A stretch of DNA of 64,000 nt from Eledone cirrhosa (lineage: Eukaryota): the NCBI GenBank assembly GCA_964016885.1, contig OZ024743.1, positions 44,578,001 to 44,642,000 on the forward strand. Direction: 5' to 3'. The position numbers and the translations under genes are program-made. Numbering within the stretch: position 1 is the stretch's first letter; each line of letters starts with the position of its first letter. A model generated the notes under the pieces. The model worked only from the letters and a program-made list of their open reading frames with translations. It was not told the DNA's origin and did no database searches. This document shows, piece after piece, positions 19,406 to 34,200 of the stretch.

Positions 19406-22400
19406 TTACAGACACATACTCAGAGTAGGCCCATTCACTCGCGCCATTCACTCTTGTTTCTCTCACCCATCTTTCAACAAAATGCTAGGAAGAGAGCACT
19501 TCCCTTTCTACCATGATTTTCCTTTTCAAATGAAATTTGAAAAAGTTAATCAGGGCATCACCGAAGAGGTAAGTGCTCGTCTTCAGCCCTTTCAAACGTA
19601 TCCACCATACTATCTCTTTCGCCATGGCCACCAGACAGATAAAAGCTGCCTGCCCTTCACGGCTAAAGGAAGAGGCGGGGCAATCCTCACGATGGACTCA
19701 GCTGATAGCCGGATCCGTCCTACACGCGACAGCAGGTGTTCGACATAAACCCACAAGCCAGCAATGCTCGGACACCGAACGAGTGCGTGCAGGACGGTTT
19801 CGTTGCCCTGTGCGCATCTCGGACATGCCCGCCTGACGGCACCTTCATGCCTGTAGAGTTTATCCCGAACTGGCAAGGCTCCTCGGTAGCACTGCCAGGC
19901 CAGAGATTTCTGGAAGTTGTCCATAAGCCTCGGCCCGAAAGTTCTTCTGAAGAGATTGGCTAGTTGATTTTCGTCGACGCCTAGAGTTTCCCCAAGTATA
20001 TCGTCGCTCTTCCTCTCCACTAATCCTCTATAGAACGCCAAGGTGGAGTTTCCACCGATCACATTGCCCGATTGCTCGAGGGCTGTGAGCGCCTGAAGAC
20101 ATTCCAGTTTCCAAGCGCTCCCTCTCGGTCTTCACTTGACCCAGGACTGCAGCTCCGTCAAGGAGACGAGCTGGGGAAAGACGCGTCTAGCAAACGGAGA
20201 CCACACCTGATCACTGTCGAGGAAGATGTGGAGATGTCGTAGCCTGAGCGCGTGTCTGCGCATCATCATCCACGGCATTTCCATCCCTCCATGTAGCGGG
20301 TGTTGACAGCAGATGGACCGCCTGACCATCGGAGCGCGTCGCTTCCACAAAAAGCGATAGAGCAAACGCTCCAGCGCAGTCAGGCGGGGCTTAGGACAAG
20401 GTACGATGGTCAGGCGGTAGTAGATGACGGACACGATATACGCGTTAGCCACCTCCGCTCGACCTTTCAGGGATAGCTTTCTCTCCGCCCATTTCTGGGT
20501 GACAGAAGCCTCCCTGCTCGTCACCTCGTCCCAGTTTTTGTTCGTCTGGAGATCCGGACCGAACCAGACCCCGAGCAATTTATTGGTCCGTCCGTCCAGA
20601 GCCCGACGACGCTGTAGGACGGCATGGACCTGCCTCTGCAGGTGCCGAGCTGCTGGCCCACTGACTTTTCCTGGTTGATCATTGCTCCTTCACCGCTTCG
20701 TATTCTCTTAGTGTAGTCCCGATCGCCTCGATGTGTTTGGCGTTCGACACCACTACGGTGATATCGTCCGCACATGCTGACACGGATCTTCCGCATGCTA
20801 GTATGCGCGGGACCCCACTCATCGTCTCCAGTTTGTGCAGTAATGGCTCGAGAGTCAATACGTACAAGAGGAACGAGATGGGACGTCCTTTCCGGACCGA
20901 GCGCATGATGTTGAACCGTTCCGAAAGGTGACCGGTCACTCTCACCACAGAGCAGATGTCGCTGTGCATGGCAGCGATCCAGCCTCTGAAGACGGGCCCA
21001 AAGCCAGCCGCCCTCAGGACTGCAGCTAGGTAACGATGGTCGAACCTATCGAAAGATTTCGACTGATCTAAATTGATCAAGGACCCACCCGTGCCAGGTT
21101 CCCTAGCTACCCTCTCTGCGATGTATCGGATGAGGTGGAGATTGTCATGGATGGATCTGTCGGGAATGGCGCATGTCTGCGCCTCTCCCACCAGACCCCA
21201 ACGACAAGCGCCAACCTCTTTGCTAGCACCTTGGCCAAAATCTTGAACTCTGTGTTTAGCAGAGATGTGGGCCTAAAATTATCTGTTATCCCCCTTGTTC
21301 GGATCCTTTCTCAGCAGCGCCACAGATCCTGGGCTCACAGAGCTGGGAATTCTCCCGTTCTGTTGCCAGTTGCAGTAGACGTCCGCCAAGAGGCCTCCGA
21401 ACAATCTGGCATCTGTACGTAAAGTTCATAAGGCAGACCATCCAAACCAGGCGATTTACCCCTTGTGCAGCTAGTCATTGCCTCCCGTACTTCAGCGGCT
21501 GTTATCGGCTTTTCGCAACACTCCACCTCAGTGGCCGAGAGCCCCAGCAGTCCGTCGAGGTAGACACTAAAGTCCATCCCTCGATTTGGCCCGCCGCTTC
21601 TCCCGAACAACTGAGCGAAGTGTCGCTGCAAAGCTTCACAGATTTGCCCGGGATCGAGTAGCATGCGCCGGCCGAGGTCCACCAAAGACTGGAACGTGGC
21701 TTTGTTGCCACGACGCGCCTCCGCCACTCGGGCCCATTGAACGGCTTTCGTCCCCTCGTGTCTGAGAGCACGCACCCTAGCTCTGACAACGCAGCCTTCG
21801 TGCTTTGCATTGAAGAATTGGTCAAGGGCCAATTTCGCCGCAAGTACGTCGGTCGCGATGCCTTTGCTAAGCACCTCGTCTAATTTTCTGACTAATTCTC
21901 CCTCTTCTCTATTTTTCTCTATTGCTAAAGCCTTACTAAACCTAATGGACTCTATTCTAATTGCTCTTTTCAGAGCAAACCACCACTTGTTGTTGACGAT
22001 GGCCCCCGTCAACGCCCGCTTAACTAGTTCGCTAATCCGGTCTCTGTAGGCCTTGCGCGCTGGTAAGGACGCGTTTAGCTTCCAGTAGCCGGGTCCTCGT
22101 CTATGAAGCCTATCTAAGTCAAGCACACAGATCACGAATTTGTGGTCCGTGTAGCTGACTATCTTGAATTGTGGACAGCCTATGGTAGACCTATCTATTT
22201 CCCTACAAACTACTCTATCTAGATGACCCTATGCGATTTGTCCAAGTCCACATTGGGACATTCGCGAAATCCAATCGGTACCTGTCAGACAGTTCAAAAC
22301 GCCTGAGCAGGTTGGTGAGGCTCTTGCACCCTCCTCCCCTATCCGCTAAACCCACACAGTCCCAGCGTGCATCTAAGATGCCGTTCCAGTCGCCCACTAA

Positions 22401-22811
22401 CACTAAAGAGCGGGACGTTCCAAGAAAGGTCTCCAGACGCCGGAAGAAATAAGGCCGCCCAGCTACTGTCCGAGCATAGACGGCCACTAGCCTGAAAGCT
22501 TGCCCGTCTCCGCTGGTCACGTCTAGCAACACCAACCTACCTTCTGGGTCCAGGAAGATGGCCCGTATGGCGAGATCCAAACCACTCCGAAAAAGCACAG
22601 CAAGTCCTCACCCCGATCCCGGACGGCTGGGAGATGCGTACACATCGTAGCCGCCGAAGATCGGTGCGAAGGCCCGTTCTTCGGAGTTTCTGGTCTCGCT
22701 GATGGCCACTACATCTATGTTTAGTGACCTGAGGTCGTTGAGCAGGTGGCCCTGCTTCCATGACGACCCCAAGACACGCGCATTTATGCTGCCTATTCTG
22801 AGAGAGGTCAT
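19406..22811 (-). pseudogene. Tx1 ORF2 (APE-RT-zinc knuckle), broken
   Basis: Fragments 22608-22811, 22215-22598, 21335-22135, 20679-21191 (CADD at the YADD position), 20132-20578, 19610-20062. Confidence 0.92.
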
Positions 22812-22845
22812 GTTGAAATGGAGTGGAAAAGATGGGAAAGACCAC

Positions 22846-24796
22846 TTACCTTACTTCTCGTAGAGGAAGGATGGTTTGTACATCCTTTTCACTGCTTGTG
22901 GCCTCCTCCGGAAAGATGTCCTTATAAATCCTCCTGGAGAGTGTTTGTCGGAAGTCTCCGATGTCTTTGGGTAATTTTTGTTTTAGTGTCGTGTACGTTT
23001 TCTGTGTGATGCGAGTGATTTGTATGTGTGGAGGTGGTGTGAACTTTTGGGTTGTTGTGTAGTCTTTTTCTGTGATGCTGGTGTTGTGTTACATGTAGTG
23101 TAATAATTGGTTGTTGTTCAAATGTAATGCTGTGTAGTGTGTATCGTGTTGGTTGTTTTGTTTTGTTTGCCTTTGTTGTGGGTTTGCTTCTGTTACGCTT
23201 TTTGGTGACTTTTGTGGTGTTGGTGATGGTGGTGTTGGGGTTAATGATGTTGATGGTGTTGGTGTTTGTGGTGATGGGGTTGGTGATGCTGGTGTGGATG
23301 GTAGCATATCTGTCCTAACTTTTTTGTTTCTTAATTTATTTGTTTCCCTCTGTATTTTGTTTTTGGAGGGGGAAGGAAGATATTTTTTTTCTTTTTTGGT
23401 TTCTTTTTTCTTTTTCCTGATACCGTTTCCCACTCCTCGTTGTCACAATCTGTCTCCAGTTGCGATAAGCCGGGGAGTGGAAAATCCTCCACAGGCGTTG
23501 GTTTTGGTTGTGGCGTGGTGGATGGTGTAGGCGCTGGTGCTAGTTCTTGCGCGTTGGGTGGTGGTGGTGTTGGTTTTGCTACTGTTGCTGGGGTTGTTGC
23601 TGTTACAGTTGCTTCTGTTGTTGCTGCAACAGTTGTTGCTGCCATTTCTGCTGCTGGTGGTGTTGATGGTTGAGTCACTGGGGAGGGTAAGAGAGGTGGC
23701 CTCAACCTTTTAGCCTGAGGGTAGAATGCCCTTAGGTGGGTTTCTTCACCACAAACGACACACCTAGGTCTTCTGCCCTCGACGATTACGGTGAGGTGGC
23801 TGCCGTCAGTGAGGTCTATTACCTCTGGGATCTCCTCAATGCTTTTATGTTCCGCTTGGATCAGGAGATCCATCCCAGATCCGGACCAGTTCTCCTGCTT
23901 TTCTTTTGCTATTTCTATTATTTTGGTGTTGGCCTCGATGCCGGCGAGGACGGCAGCCATTAGCCAGGGAATTTCGATGGCCGGTGGAACGTGGGTCTCC
24001 CTGATCTTCACAAGTCTCTGGCCACAATAGCTTGGGACGAGTGTGATATCGTCACTTCTTAATGGGGCCATGGAGTGTTCTCTGGCCTCCTGTGGTGTTT
24101 CAAAGAACACGTCCACGGTTCCATACTTCTGCTCACGTCTGATGTGGTTTTTTTTGGCCCTCACATGTCCCAAAGCTTTTTGGATTTGGGACTCGGATGC
24201 CGTTCCACTCGGCGCGATTTTATGTTAATTGACCGATAAACACGGTGCATAGGCGACGTTGCTCCATTTTATTAGGTGTGTGGGGGAGTGAGGCTGACCC
24301 TGTACCCATCTTTCTTTACTATTCCTTTGGCTTCTTCTAATTCCTCCTGAGTTACCTGGATCGCTTCGCACGTTTTTGCTACTCTGGCAAAACTCAGGGT
24401 AGTTGTCTTAATTTCATTGTTGCTGTTGTTGTTATCGTTATTTTTGTATTGTTAATTTTAGTTTCAGTTGTGGTGGTGGTTGCGTCAGTGGTGTTCGGTG
24501 TGGAAGAGTTCATTTTGGTTGAATTCATTTCGATATCATGAGTTAATTTATGTTTTTTTTATTTCTGTTGTCGCTGTGGTGGTGGAGGGGGTGGTGGTTG
24601 TCGCGGTGGCGGTGGTGGTGGCGGCTTTAACATCTGCAGTCATTGGTAATGGCGTGAAATGAACGTCTGCCTGAGACAAATTTAAAATATTGGTACTGCT
24701 TACATTTCCAGTGTTGGCAAACGTAGCAATATTTACAATGGTGGTGTCGGTGTGAGGTATTAGAGTGTGACGAAGGAGTGACTCTGAGACATCCAT
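22846..24796 (-). pseudogene. Tx1 ORF1 type 1, frameshifted
   Basis: Fragments 24548-24796, 23331-24173 (CVVCGEETHLRAFY), 23089-23433. Confidence 0.85.
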
Positions 24797-25010
24797 GATT
24801 TTTCAAAGAAATATTTTGTTTGATAATTATAAAAAGTTTAAATTTTGGGCTCAAGGCCCCAATATTTTTGGGTGTCCTTTTCAGAAATCAATGTATGTGC
24901 ACTTATATACAGTTAACAATAACAAATTTCTATAAATGGCAATTTTAAACAACTGAAAATAACAAACCTTTGCGGAGCTCACGATGATACGATTTACTAC
25001 GTAGGTCGCC

Positions 25011-25089
<79 letters not shown>

Positions 25090-28000
25090 GGGAAGAAGAC
25101 GCACGAGGTGACGGAGGTCATGAAATCGCTCCCGTAAGTTTTGAATTTTTAACATATTTAAATCATTTGTGAAATAACAACTCTTAGTACAAATGCTACG
25201 TAAAGCACCCGGCTTGAGCCCCAAAAAATTCGGACCCAAAATATATTGTTATAAGGCTCAAATATTCAAATATTCAACTTTGTATTGTACACTGTATATC
25301 CAAAAAAGAAAATGGCTATAAATGGAAGAAGAACCCCCCCCCCTCCTCCTCCTCTGTCTACACTATATAGAACAGCCAAACTCACCAACACCAGAAACTA
25401 GATACACCACCTACCCCATCACCTGTGTACACTAAACCACCACCGCTCACTACGGCCATCATTACAACCATTATCCCATCACCGCCGCCACCACCCCTTC
25501 ACTCCTTCACTGCTACCACCGCTACAGCACCATCACTACAGTAATACGGTCACATCACCGCCACCACTGCCTCGGTATCGACATCACCACCACCACTGTC
25601 TCAGTATCGCTACCGCCGCTACTGTCCCCCACACCTTCTAGCTGGCTGCTGCCACCACATTATAGAATCCCTACTGCTAAAAAAGAGGAAGGCATCAAAA
25701 TATATATATAGACTCAAAAGAAAAAAGAAAAAACAAACAACAAAACCAAAGCAGCACAGCAACAACAGCAAAAAACGAGAAAAACAGAGAAAAACAAAAA
25801 CAAAAACAAAAAAAAAACCCAAAAAACGTAAAGAAAATAAGAATGAAGAGAGAAGCAGGCGGACGGACAGAGAAGAGGGGGGAAAAACTAAAACTTAAAA
25901 AACAAAAACTAAGTCAGACATTCGAACACTACATTACAATGAAACTTATGCTTATTCATTTTTGGGGCCCTTTCTGCCTGTGTGTTTGTTTGTTTATGTG
26001 TGTTCGTATACAGCGTGGTGATAATGCCACACAAGAGCCAAGTGGAATGGCGGATCCACAGATGGATATGTAACCATACATTCGCCAATCCTCGATAAGT
26101 GTGTTTAAATATCGAACATAAACAGTTCGAATAACGGTGAAATGGAGACTAGAACGTCATGTGACAGACACTCACCCAACAGGTGCCCCCTGGCTCAGCA
26201 GCAGGAACCTGACTGTCAACCAAATACTGCTGATGTTGGAGGAAGGAGAAGAAGGAAAGGGGCCAGAACCAACTGGACGAAAGAATTGAATAGAACTGTT
26301 ATGCAATGTTACCTGAAAAGTAACCCCAAGGAGAGGGGCTACAGGAGACGGATGCATAACATCTGGAACGAGATTGGTTTATTTAAATTAGATGAACAAA
26401 AATTGGCCGGGCAGGCTCGGGTAATAAGAACTAATGGATGGATAAGCGAGCTGGAACTGGAGGAACTGAGCAGAGAGAATGGCTTGGAGATGGCGGGTGT
26501 AGTATGCCAGACAAGCGAGCCAGTGGGAAATGAAGGTGAAGAGGTCCTGAGAACGGAGGAACCACCCGAAGCAGACAATGATCTGAATACTGAGATAAAT
26601 AATACCTGGAACAGAGATACGGCCACTGAGGAGATGAATGCTGACGGGCTAGGACAAGATTCGGTTGACATCCTAAATTTAGTGGTAGATGAATTGAACA
26701 ATGATAGTGGGAGACCTATGAACCTAAGATTTGTAGACAGGAAAAAGTTAAAAGAAACAACAGCTAAGGTAAACAAAGTCATCCCATACCTTGAGGCGAG
26801 GAGCCTTCACCAGTGCAACAATATCCTCAAAGCAACAGTAAATACGGTGAGGAAACTACTTGGTATAAAAGCGAGAGGAAACAACAGACAAGAAAGAGCA
26901 GAGCCGAGGTGGAAGAAGCGACTGAGTGGGCAAATCGGGGAAATGAGAAATGACATAGGAAAGCTTGAGTCACTACTGAATGGGACACTAAAAACCATAG
27001 GCACTAAAAATAGACTGGAAATAAAATACAAAACTAGGAGGAAAAAGCTAAATATTATCATAGAGGAACTGAAGCAACGCATTGTAGCAAAGTGTGCAAA
27101 AATCAGGCGGTACGAGAACAGAGTCAGTCAGTATAAACAGAACCGCATGTTCGACAACAACCAGAAGATGCTGTTTGGACAGCTTGAGGGGAAAGAAAGA
27201 GGCAACGACTTTATCCCTGGGGCGGAGCAAACTAAAACATTCTGGAGAGGAATATGGGAGCAGGATGTTAGACACAATGCCCAGGCAGGGTGGATTGAAA
27301 CAGTACAGAGGGAGATCGGTGAGCAGGCACAACAACAAACTGATTTGAGTATCACAGTTGAAACTCTTAAGGGGCAGGCCAAAAAACTAACCAACTGGAA
27401 ATCACCAGGCCCAGATGGTGTGCAGGGGTATTGGATTAAACATTTAACATCCCTCCACCCGAAGCTGACGGCCATGTTCAATGACTGCTTGGTGTCGGGT
27501 GAGGTGCCAGAGTGGTTGACAAAAGGTACCACAGTTCTGATAATGAAAGACCGAATCAAGGGTAATGATGTTACCAACTATAGACCTATCACATGTCTGT
27601 CCGTAATGTGGAAACTGTTGACGAGCATTGTGTCTGAGGAAGTCTACCACCACCTCCACACAAACAACTTGTTACCGGACGAACAGAAAGGATGCCGAAA
27701 GAAGTCACGTGGTACAAAGGACCAGTTACTTATTGATAAGATGGTAATGGGGAATTGCAGGAGGAGACACACTGATCTTGCCATGGGATGGATAGACTAC
27801 AGAAAGGCATTTGACATGGTGCCTCATTCCTGGATCACCAAAAGCCTGGAGATCTTCAGGGTGGCAGATAACATCAGACAGTTGCTGGGCAGGAGTATGG
27901 GGTCCTGGGAGACAGAGTTCACATCAACTGGAGTATCCTTGGGAAGCGTGAAGATCAAGAGAGGTATCTTCCAGGGAGATAGCCTGTCCCCTCTGTTGTT

Positions 28001-29608
28001 TGTCCTTGCCCTGATGCCCTTGACCATTATGCTGCGAAAAGTGAGAGCAGGATACAAGTTGGGAAGGGGAGAGCTTACCATCAATCACCTCCTCTTCATG
28101 GACGATCTTAAGCTCTTCGGGAAGAGTGAGAAGGAGTTGGATGTGCTTGTTGACACTGTCCGTATTTTCAGCAGTGATATATGTATGCAGTTTGGTATTG
28201 GTAAATGTGGAGTCATTGTGATGAAGAGGGGTAGGTTGAGCAGAAGTAACGGGATCCAGATACCAACAGGTGAGATGATAAAGGAAATTGACTCTGAGGA
28301 AGGATACAAGTATTTGTGCGTTCTGGAGGCTGATGGCATAAAGAACAAAAAAATGAAGGAATTGTTAAGAACTGAATACATTCGGAGAGTAAGGAGCGCA
28401 TTGAAGTCACATCTGAACAGCAGAAATGCCATAAGCGCAGTAAATTCCCGAGCTGTGTCTATTATTAGGTACAGTGCGGGAATTCTGAGATGGAATGTTG
28501 CTGAACAAAAAGAAATGGATAGGAAGACTAGGAAGCTATTGACTATCTACAACATCTTCCACAAGAGGAGTGATGTCGATAGACTCTACTGAAGGAGATA
28601 TGAAGGTGGAAGAGGTCTTATCAGCATAGAGGACTGTGTTCAGATGGAGAAAATCAACCTGCACAAATACGTTACTGATAGTAAGGAGCCAATGCTCAGA
28701 ACTGTACTGAAGGAGGGGACAGTAGGCCAGGGGATGTCCAAGGAGGAAATAACATCAAGGAGGAAGAGCAGCCTTAAGGGAAAATCCCTTCATAGTACCT
28801 TCTTTGAGAAAACTGAATTTAGAGATCCACAGACATGGAACTGGTTGAGAAGAGGAGACCTCAAAAAGGCTACAGAAGGAATGCTAATGGCTGCGCAGGA
28901 GTAGGCCCTCAAAACGAAGTGGTTGAAGCACCATATCTACAAGGAGGAGGCTAGCCCCACTGTTCAGGATCTGTGGAGAGAGAGAGGAGACTGTGGCTCA
29001 CATTGTGTCCGAGTGTAAACACCTAGCCCAGACCCACTATAAGGGCTGGAGACACGATGTGATGGGCAGGGTGATCCACTGGCACCTGTGCAAAGTAAAC
29101 AATTTACCACATTCTGAGAAATGGTATGAGCATAGGCCAGAGGCGGTGATGGAGAACAATCAGGTGAAGGTGCTGTGGGATTTTAGGATACAGACGGACA
29201 AAAAACTGGAACACAATAGACCTGACCTGGTGGTGGTGGACAAAGAAAAAAGATCGTGCCTGATTGTGGATGTGGCCTGCCCGTTCGACACGAGAGTGCA
29301 AGAGAAGGAGAGGGAGAAAATTAACCGATACCAGGACCTAAAGTGGGAGGTGAAAAGGATTTGGAACTGCCATGAAGTCAAAGTGATCCCGATTGTTATA
29401 GGCGCACTGGGGACTATCTCCAAAAGTTTCCAGGGATGGTTAAAAAAAATCGGCCCCTTCACGCTTTTTGGAACGCTTCAAAAGGCATGCTTGCTTGGAA
29501 CAGCAAAACCCTCCGATACGTCCTAAATATCTGAGGCTGCAGGTAGTGGCTTGATATTCATTCCAACGGACTTTCCAGTTAACCAACATCAATGACTGAG
29601 ATTCAAGG
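25090..29608 (+). mobile_element. Full-length family A copy A2 (nonsense/frameshift in the 3' third)
   Basis: Collinear with A1; (AAT)n at both ends. Confidence 0.95.
26142..29534 (+). pseudogene. Family A RT-RLE ORF, interrupted
   Basis: 816 aa open, then TGA at 28590, TAG at 28902 and a frameshift near 28955. Confidence 0.93.
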
Positions 29609-29631
29609 AATAACAATAATAATAATAATAA

Positions 29632-31156
29632 TTACCATCAATCACCTCCTCTTCATGGACGATCTTAAACTCTTCTGGAAGAGTGAGAAGGAGTTGGATG
29701 TGCTTGTTGACACTGTCCGTATTTTCAGCAATGATATATGTATGCAATTTGGTATTAGTAAGTGTGGAGTCATTGTGATGAGGAGGGGTAAGTTGAGCAG
29801 AAGTAACGGAATTCAGATACCAACAGGTGAGATGATAAAAGAAATTGACTCTGAGGAAGGATACAAGTATTTGGGCGTTCTGGAGGCTGATGACATCAAG
29901 AACAAACAAATGAAGGAATTGATAAGATCTGAATATATTCGGAGAATAAGGAGCGTATTAAAGTCACATCTGAACAGTAGGAATGCCATAAGTGCAGTAA
30001 ATTCCCGAGATGTGTCTATTATTAGGTACAGTGCGGGTATTCTGAGATGGATGTTGCTGAACAAAAAGAAATGGATAGGAAGACTAGGAAGCTATTGATT
30101 ATCTACAATATGTTACACAAGAGGAGTGATGTCGATAGACTCTACTTAAGGAGATCTGAGGGTGGAAGAGGTCTTATCAGCATAGAGGACTGTGTTCAGA
30201 TGGAGAAAAACAACCTACACAAATACGTGACTGATAGTAAGGAGCCAATGCTCAGAACTGTACTGAAGGGGGGGACAATAGGCCAGGGGATGTCCAAGGA
30301 GGAAATAACATCAAGGAGGAAGAGCAGCCTTCAGGAAAAATCCCTTCATAGTACCTTCTTTGAGAAAACTGAATTTAGAGATCCACATACATGGAACTGG
30401 TTGAAAAGAGGAGACCTTAAAAAGGCTACAGAAGGAATGTTAATGGCTGCGCAGGAGCAGGCCCTGAAAACGAAGTGGTTTCAAACACCACATTTACAAG
30501 GAGGAGGCTAGCCCACTGTGCAGGATCTGTGGAGAGAGAGAGGAGACTGTGGCTCACATTGTATCCGAGTGTAAACACCTAGCCCAGACTCACTATAAGG
30601 GCTGGAGACATGATGTGATGGGCAGTGTGATCCACTGGCACCTATGCAAAGTAAACAATTTACCACATTCTGAGAAGTGGTCTGAGCATAAGCCAGAGGC
30701 GGTGATAGAAAACGATCAGGTGAAGGTGCTGTGGGATTTTAGAATACAGATGGACAAGAAACTGGAACACAATAGACCTGACCTGGTGGTTTTGGACAAG
30801 GGAAAAAGATCGTACCTGATTATGGATGTGGCCTACCCATTCGACACGAGAGTGCAAGAGAAGGAAAGGGAGAAATTTAACCGATACCAGTGGGAGTTAA
30901 AAAGGATTTGGAACTGCCATGAAGTCAAAGTGGCTCCGATTGTCATAGGCGCACTAGGTACTATCTCAAAAGGTTTCCAGGGATGGTTAAAGAAAATTGA
31001 CCCCGCCCCGCTTTTTGGAACACTTCAAAAGGCATGCTTGCTGGGAACAGCAAGAACCCTCCGATACGTCCTGAATATCTGAGGCTGCAGGTAGTGGCTT
31101 GATATTCATTCCAACAAACTTTCCAGTTAACTAACATCAATGACTGAGTCTCAAAG
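29632..31156 (+). mobile_element. 5'-truncated family A copy starting at INHLLFMDD
   Basis: Matches 12071-13604; truncation point differs from the 13673 copy. Confidence 0.94.
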
Positions 31157-31159
31157 AAC

Positions 31160-31235
<76 letters not shown>

Positions 31236-31243
<8 letters not shown>

Positions 31244-34200
31244 ACGCACGAGGTGGTAGAAGGTCATGAAATCGCTCCCGTAAGTTTTGTATTTTTAACA
31301 TATTTAAATCATTTGTGAAATAACAACTCTTAGTACAAATGCTACGTAAAGCATCCGGCTTGAGCCCCCAAAAAATTCAGACCCAAAATATATTGTTATA
31401 AGGCTCAAATATTCAAATATTCAACCTTGTATTGTACATTGTATATTCAAAAAAGAAAATGGCTATAAATGGAAGTAGAACACCCCCCCCCCCTCATCTG
31501 TCTACGCTATATAGAACAGCCAAACAACACCAGAAACTAGATACAACACCTACCCCATCACCTCTCGACCCCTCTAGTCTTGGTTGACACTCGTTTTAGA
31601 AGTGGTAACACGAAATGATTACCCCTTGGCGGATAAGGATAAAACGCGACAAAATAAAGTAAATGTCTAATGATAAAATCTCATACCGGATAGGCCGTCA
31701 CCCGGGTAAAAAAGGGCCGCGTCCCTCAGAGAGGGACCAGACTGGGGTCGAAAAATCAGCTAATGGTTCAAACCTTCCCATCACTTCGGAGCTGGAGACC
31801 TCCCATAACCGGAATACTCCTACTGTTGGCCCTCCATGCTCACCACCAAGAAATCCAAAGAAAAAGAGAGAAAAATGGTCAAGGGAAGATAATAAAGAAG
31901 TCCTTGAGGCTTTCTACACTGCCATGTACTACCCATCAAATACATCGAATACAGAACAGACATATATCAACTGGAAAGAGAAACATCCCGAAAACAGAGG
32001 CTATATTGACAGCAACAAACTAGCCAATATACGAAGAAATATTGTAAGAAAAAAGTTACTAACGGATATAGAAATTGATCAGATCAAGCTATTAACACAA
32101 AGTCAGCGAAGGGAAAATGAAACATGTGTCAGTGAAAACGAGGTAAACTGTAACACTTCGAATCCCAGGGTTGGGGCGGAATCACTGGCAACAGAACAAA
32201 TTAAAGAAAGGATCGAAAAAGTGGAGGGAGTGCATGCTCAGGATGAAACTCCAAATGAAAATAATGAGATCGTAAATGATAAAGAGATGAATGAGAATGA
32301 ACTTGCCAACTTGAAGAATGAAATTATGATCGAATGGATGAAAATGAAAGAATCTGACATGGGGCAACGAGATACCCACCCTAAGATCCAGAACTCCAAC
32401 AGAACCAAAAGATAATACACAAGACTAACATAATTCTCAAAAACATTATCATCACAAACAAACTAAACATTACTGATTTAAATCATCTCTATTATGCATC
32501 GGCTAAAGTCACCACTCACTTATGTGGAGTGAAGATGAAAAAACAAAGGAATTCCCACAAGAAATCTACTTGGCTAGAGAACATCAATCGCCAAATAAAC
32601 CTTCTCCGATCTGACATAGAAATTTTAACAAACTATAAAGTAGGTTAACATGTTAAACAAACTAAACTTAGAAAATTGAAAAAAAAAGTACAGTATAAAA
32701 TCAACATGTGACATAGACATGCTGATAGAAATAATCAAGCAAAAAGTGTCGGCCAAAGCTGCTCGTATAAGGTGCTTTGAAAAACGATCTAGATTCTATA
32801 AGGACAATAATATGTTCAAAAACAACCAAAGAAACTTCTACAGAAAAATTGGTAAGTCAACAATAACTGCTAAATCAATACCACCCAAGGAGGAAGTGGA
32901 AGAATTCTGGGAAAAGATCTGGGCCGAAGAAAAAATTCATAACATACATGCCCCATGGATAGACAGACAAATGAAAGATACAGCTCACCTGGAGGAACAA
33001 ACATGGGAAAATATAACAGTTGAACAGTTGCGCTTGGCTCTAAGAAAAACCAGCAAATGGAAATCCCCAAGAAAAGACAAAATACAAAACTTTTGGATAA
33101 ATGCCTTCACAGAGTCTCATGAGCTGTTAGCCCAACTTTACAATGAAATAGTTAAGGAGCCAGAAAAGATACCTTCATGGCTAGTTAACGGCATTACATT
33201 CCTGCTTCCGAAGAATGATGAGACAAACAATCCCAAAAATTACAGACCGATAACTTGCTTGACCACCATGTATAAAATTTTAACATCAGTCCTAACTGAA
33301 TACACATATGACCACCTGATAACAAATGACCTATTTCCCATTGAGCAGAAAGGGTGTAAACGAGGCTCATATGGCTGTAAGGATCAGCTTCTGGTTAACA
33401 AAATGATATTGGAAGATTGTCATAATAGACACAAAAATCTATCGATTGCTTGGATAGATTATAGAAAAGCATTTGATAGTTTGCCACACAGTTGGATTGA
33501 AAAATGTTTAGAGATTTTCAAAGTATCCCCCGTTGTCAGGAGGTTTTTGTCATTCAGTATGAAGACATGGAAAACGACACTCCTTTTGAATAGTGAAACA
33601 AAATCACTGGAAGCTGGAGAAGTTAATATTAAGTGTGGAATTTTTGAGGGTGACTCTTTATCACCGCTTTTATTCTGCATCGCACTTATACCATTAAGTA
33701 AAATGCTCAATGAAACAAATCATGGATATAAAGTCTATGACAAAACCATTAATCACCTGTTCTACATGGACGACCTGAAACTATTTGCAAAAAATGATGA
33801 ACAATTGCAAGGGCTATTATCCACTGTGAAGCAGTTCAGTGATGACATTAAAATGGAATTTGGACTAGATAAATGCGCCAAAGAAACGTTCACCAGAGGA
33901 AAGCTGCTGAAGAGTTCAGACATTAATCTTGATCGGGGGAACGTGATAAGAGAACTTGATCAAGAAAAAACTTACAAATATCTAGGTGTTTGTGAAGGAG
34001 ACGGAATCAAGCACTCGACAATGAGGGAAAGGATAGGGAAGGAATGTTACCGCAGAGTGAGAGCAATCTTAAAAACGGAATTGAATGCAAGGAATAGGAT
34101 CGATGCCATAAACACGCTTGCCATAACAGTAGTAACCTACAGTTACAATGTCATCAACTGGTCAAGCACAGAGATCCATAGGCTCGATACAAAAATTCGA

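Larger units (their letters stand above)
19156..25010 (-). mobile_element. Full-length Tx1-clade element copy T3 (ORF1 type 1), frameshifted
   Basis: ORF2 collinear with T2; 5'UTR/ORF1 collinear with T1; (AAT)n at both ends. Confidence 0.93.
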
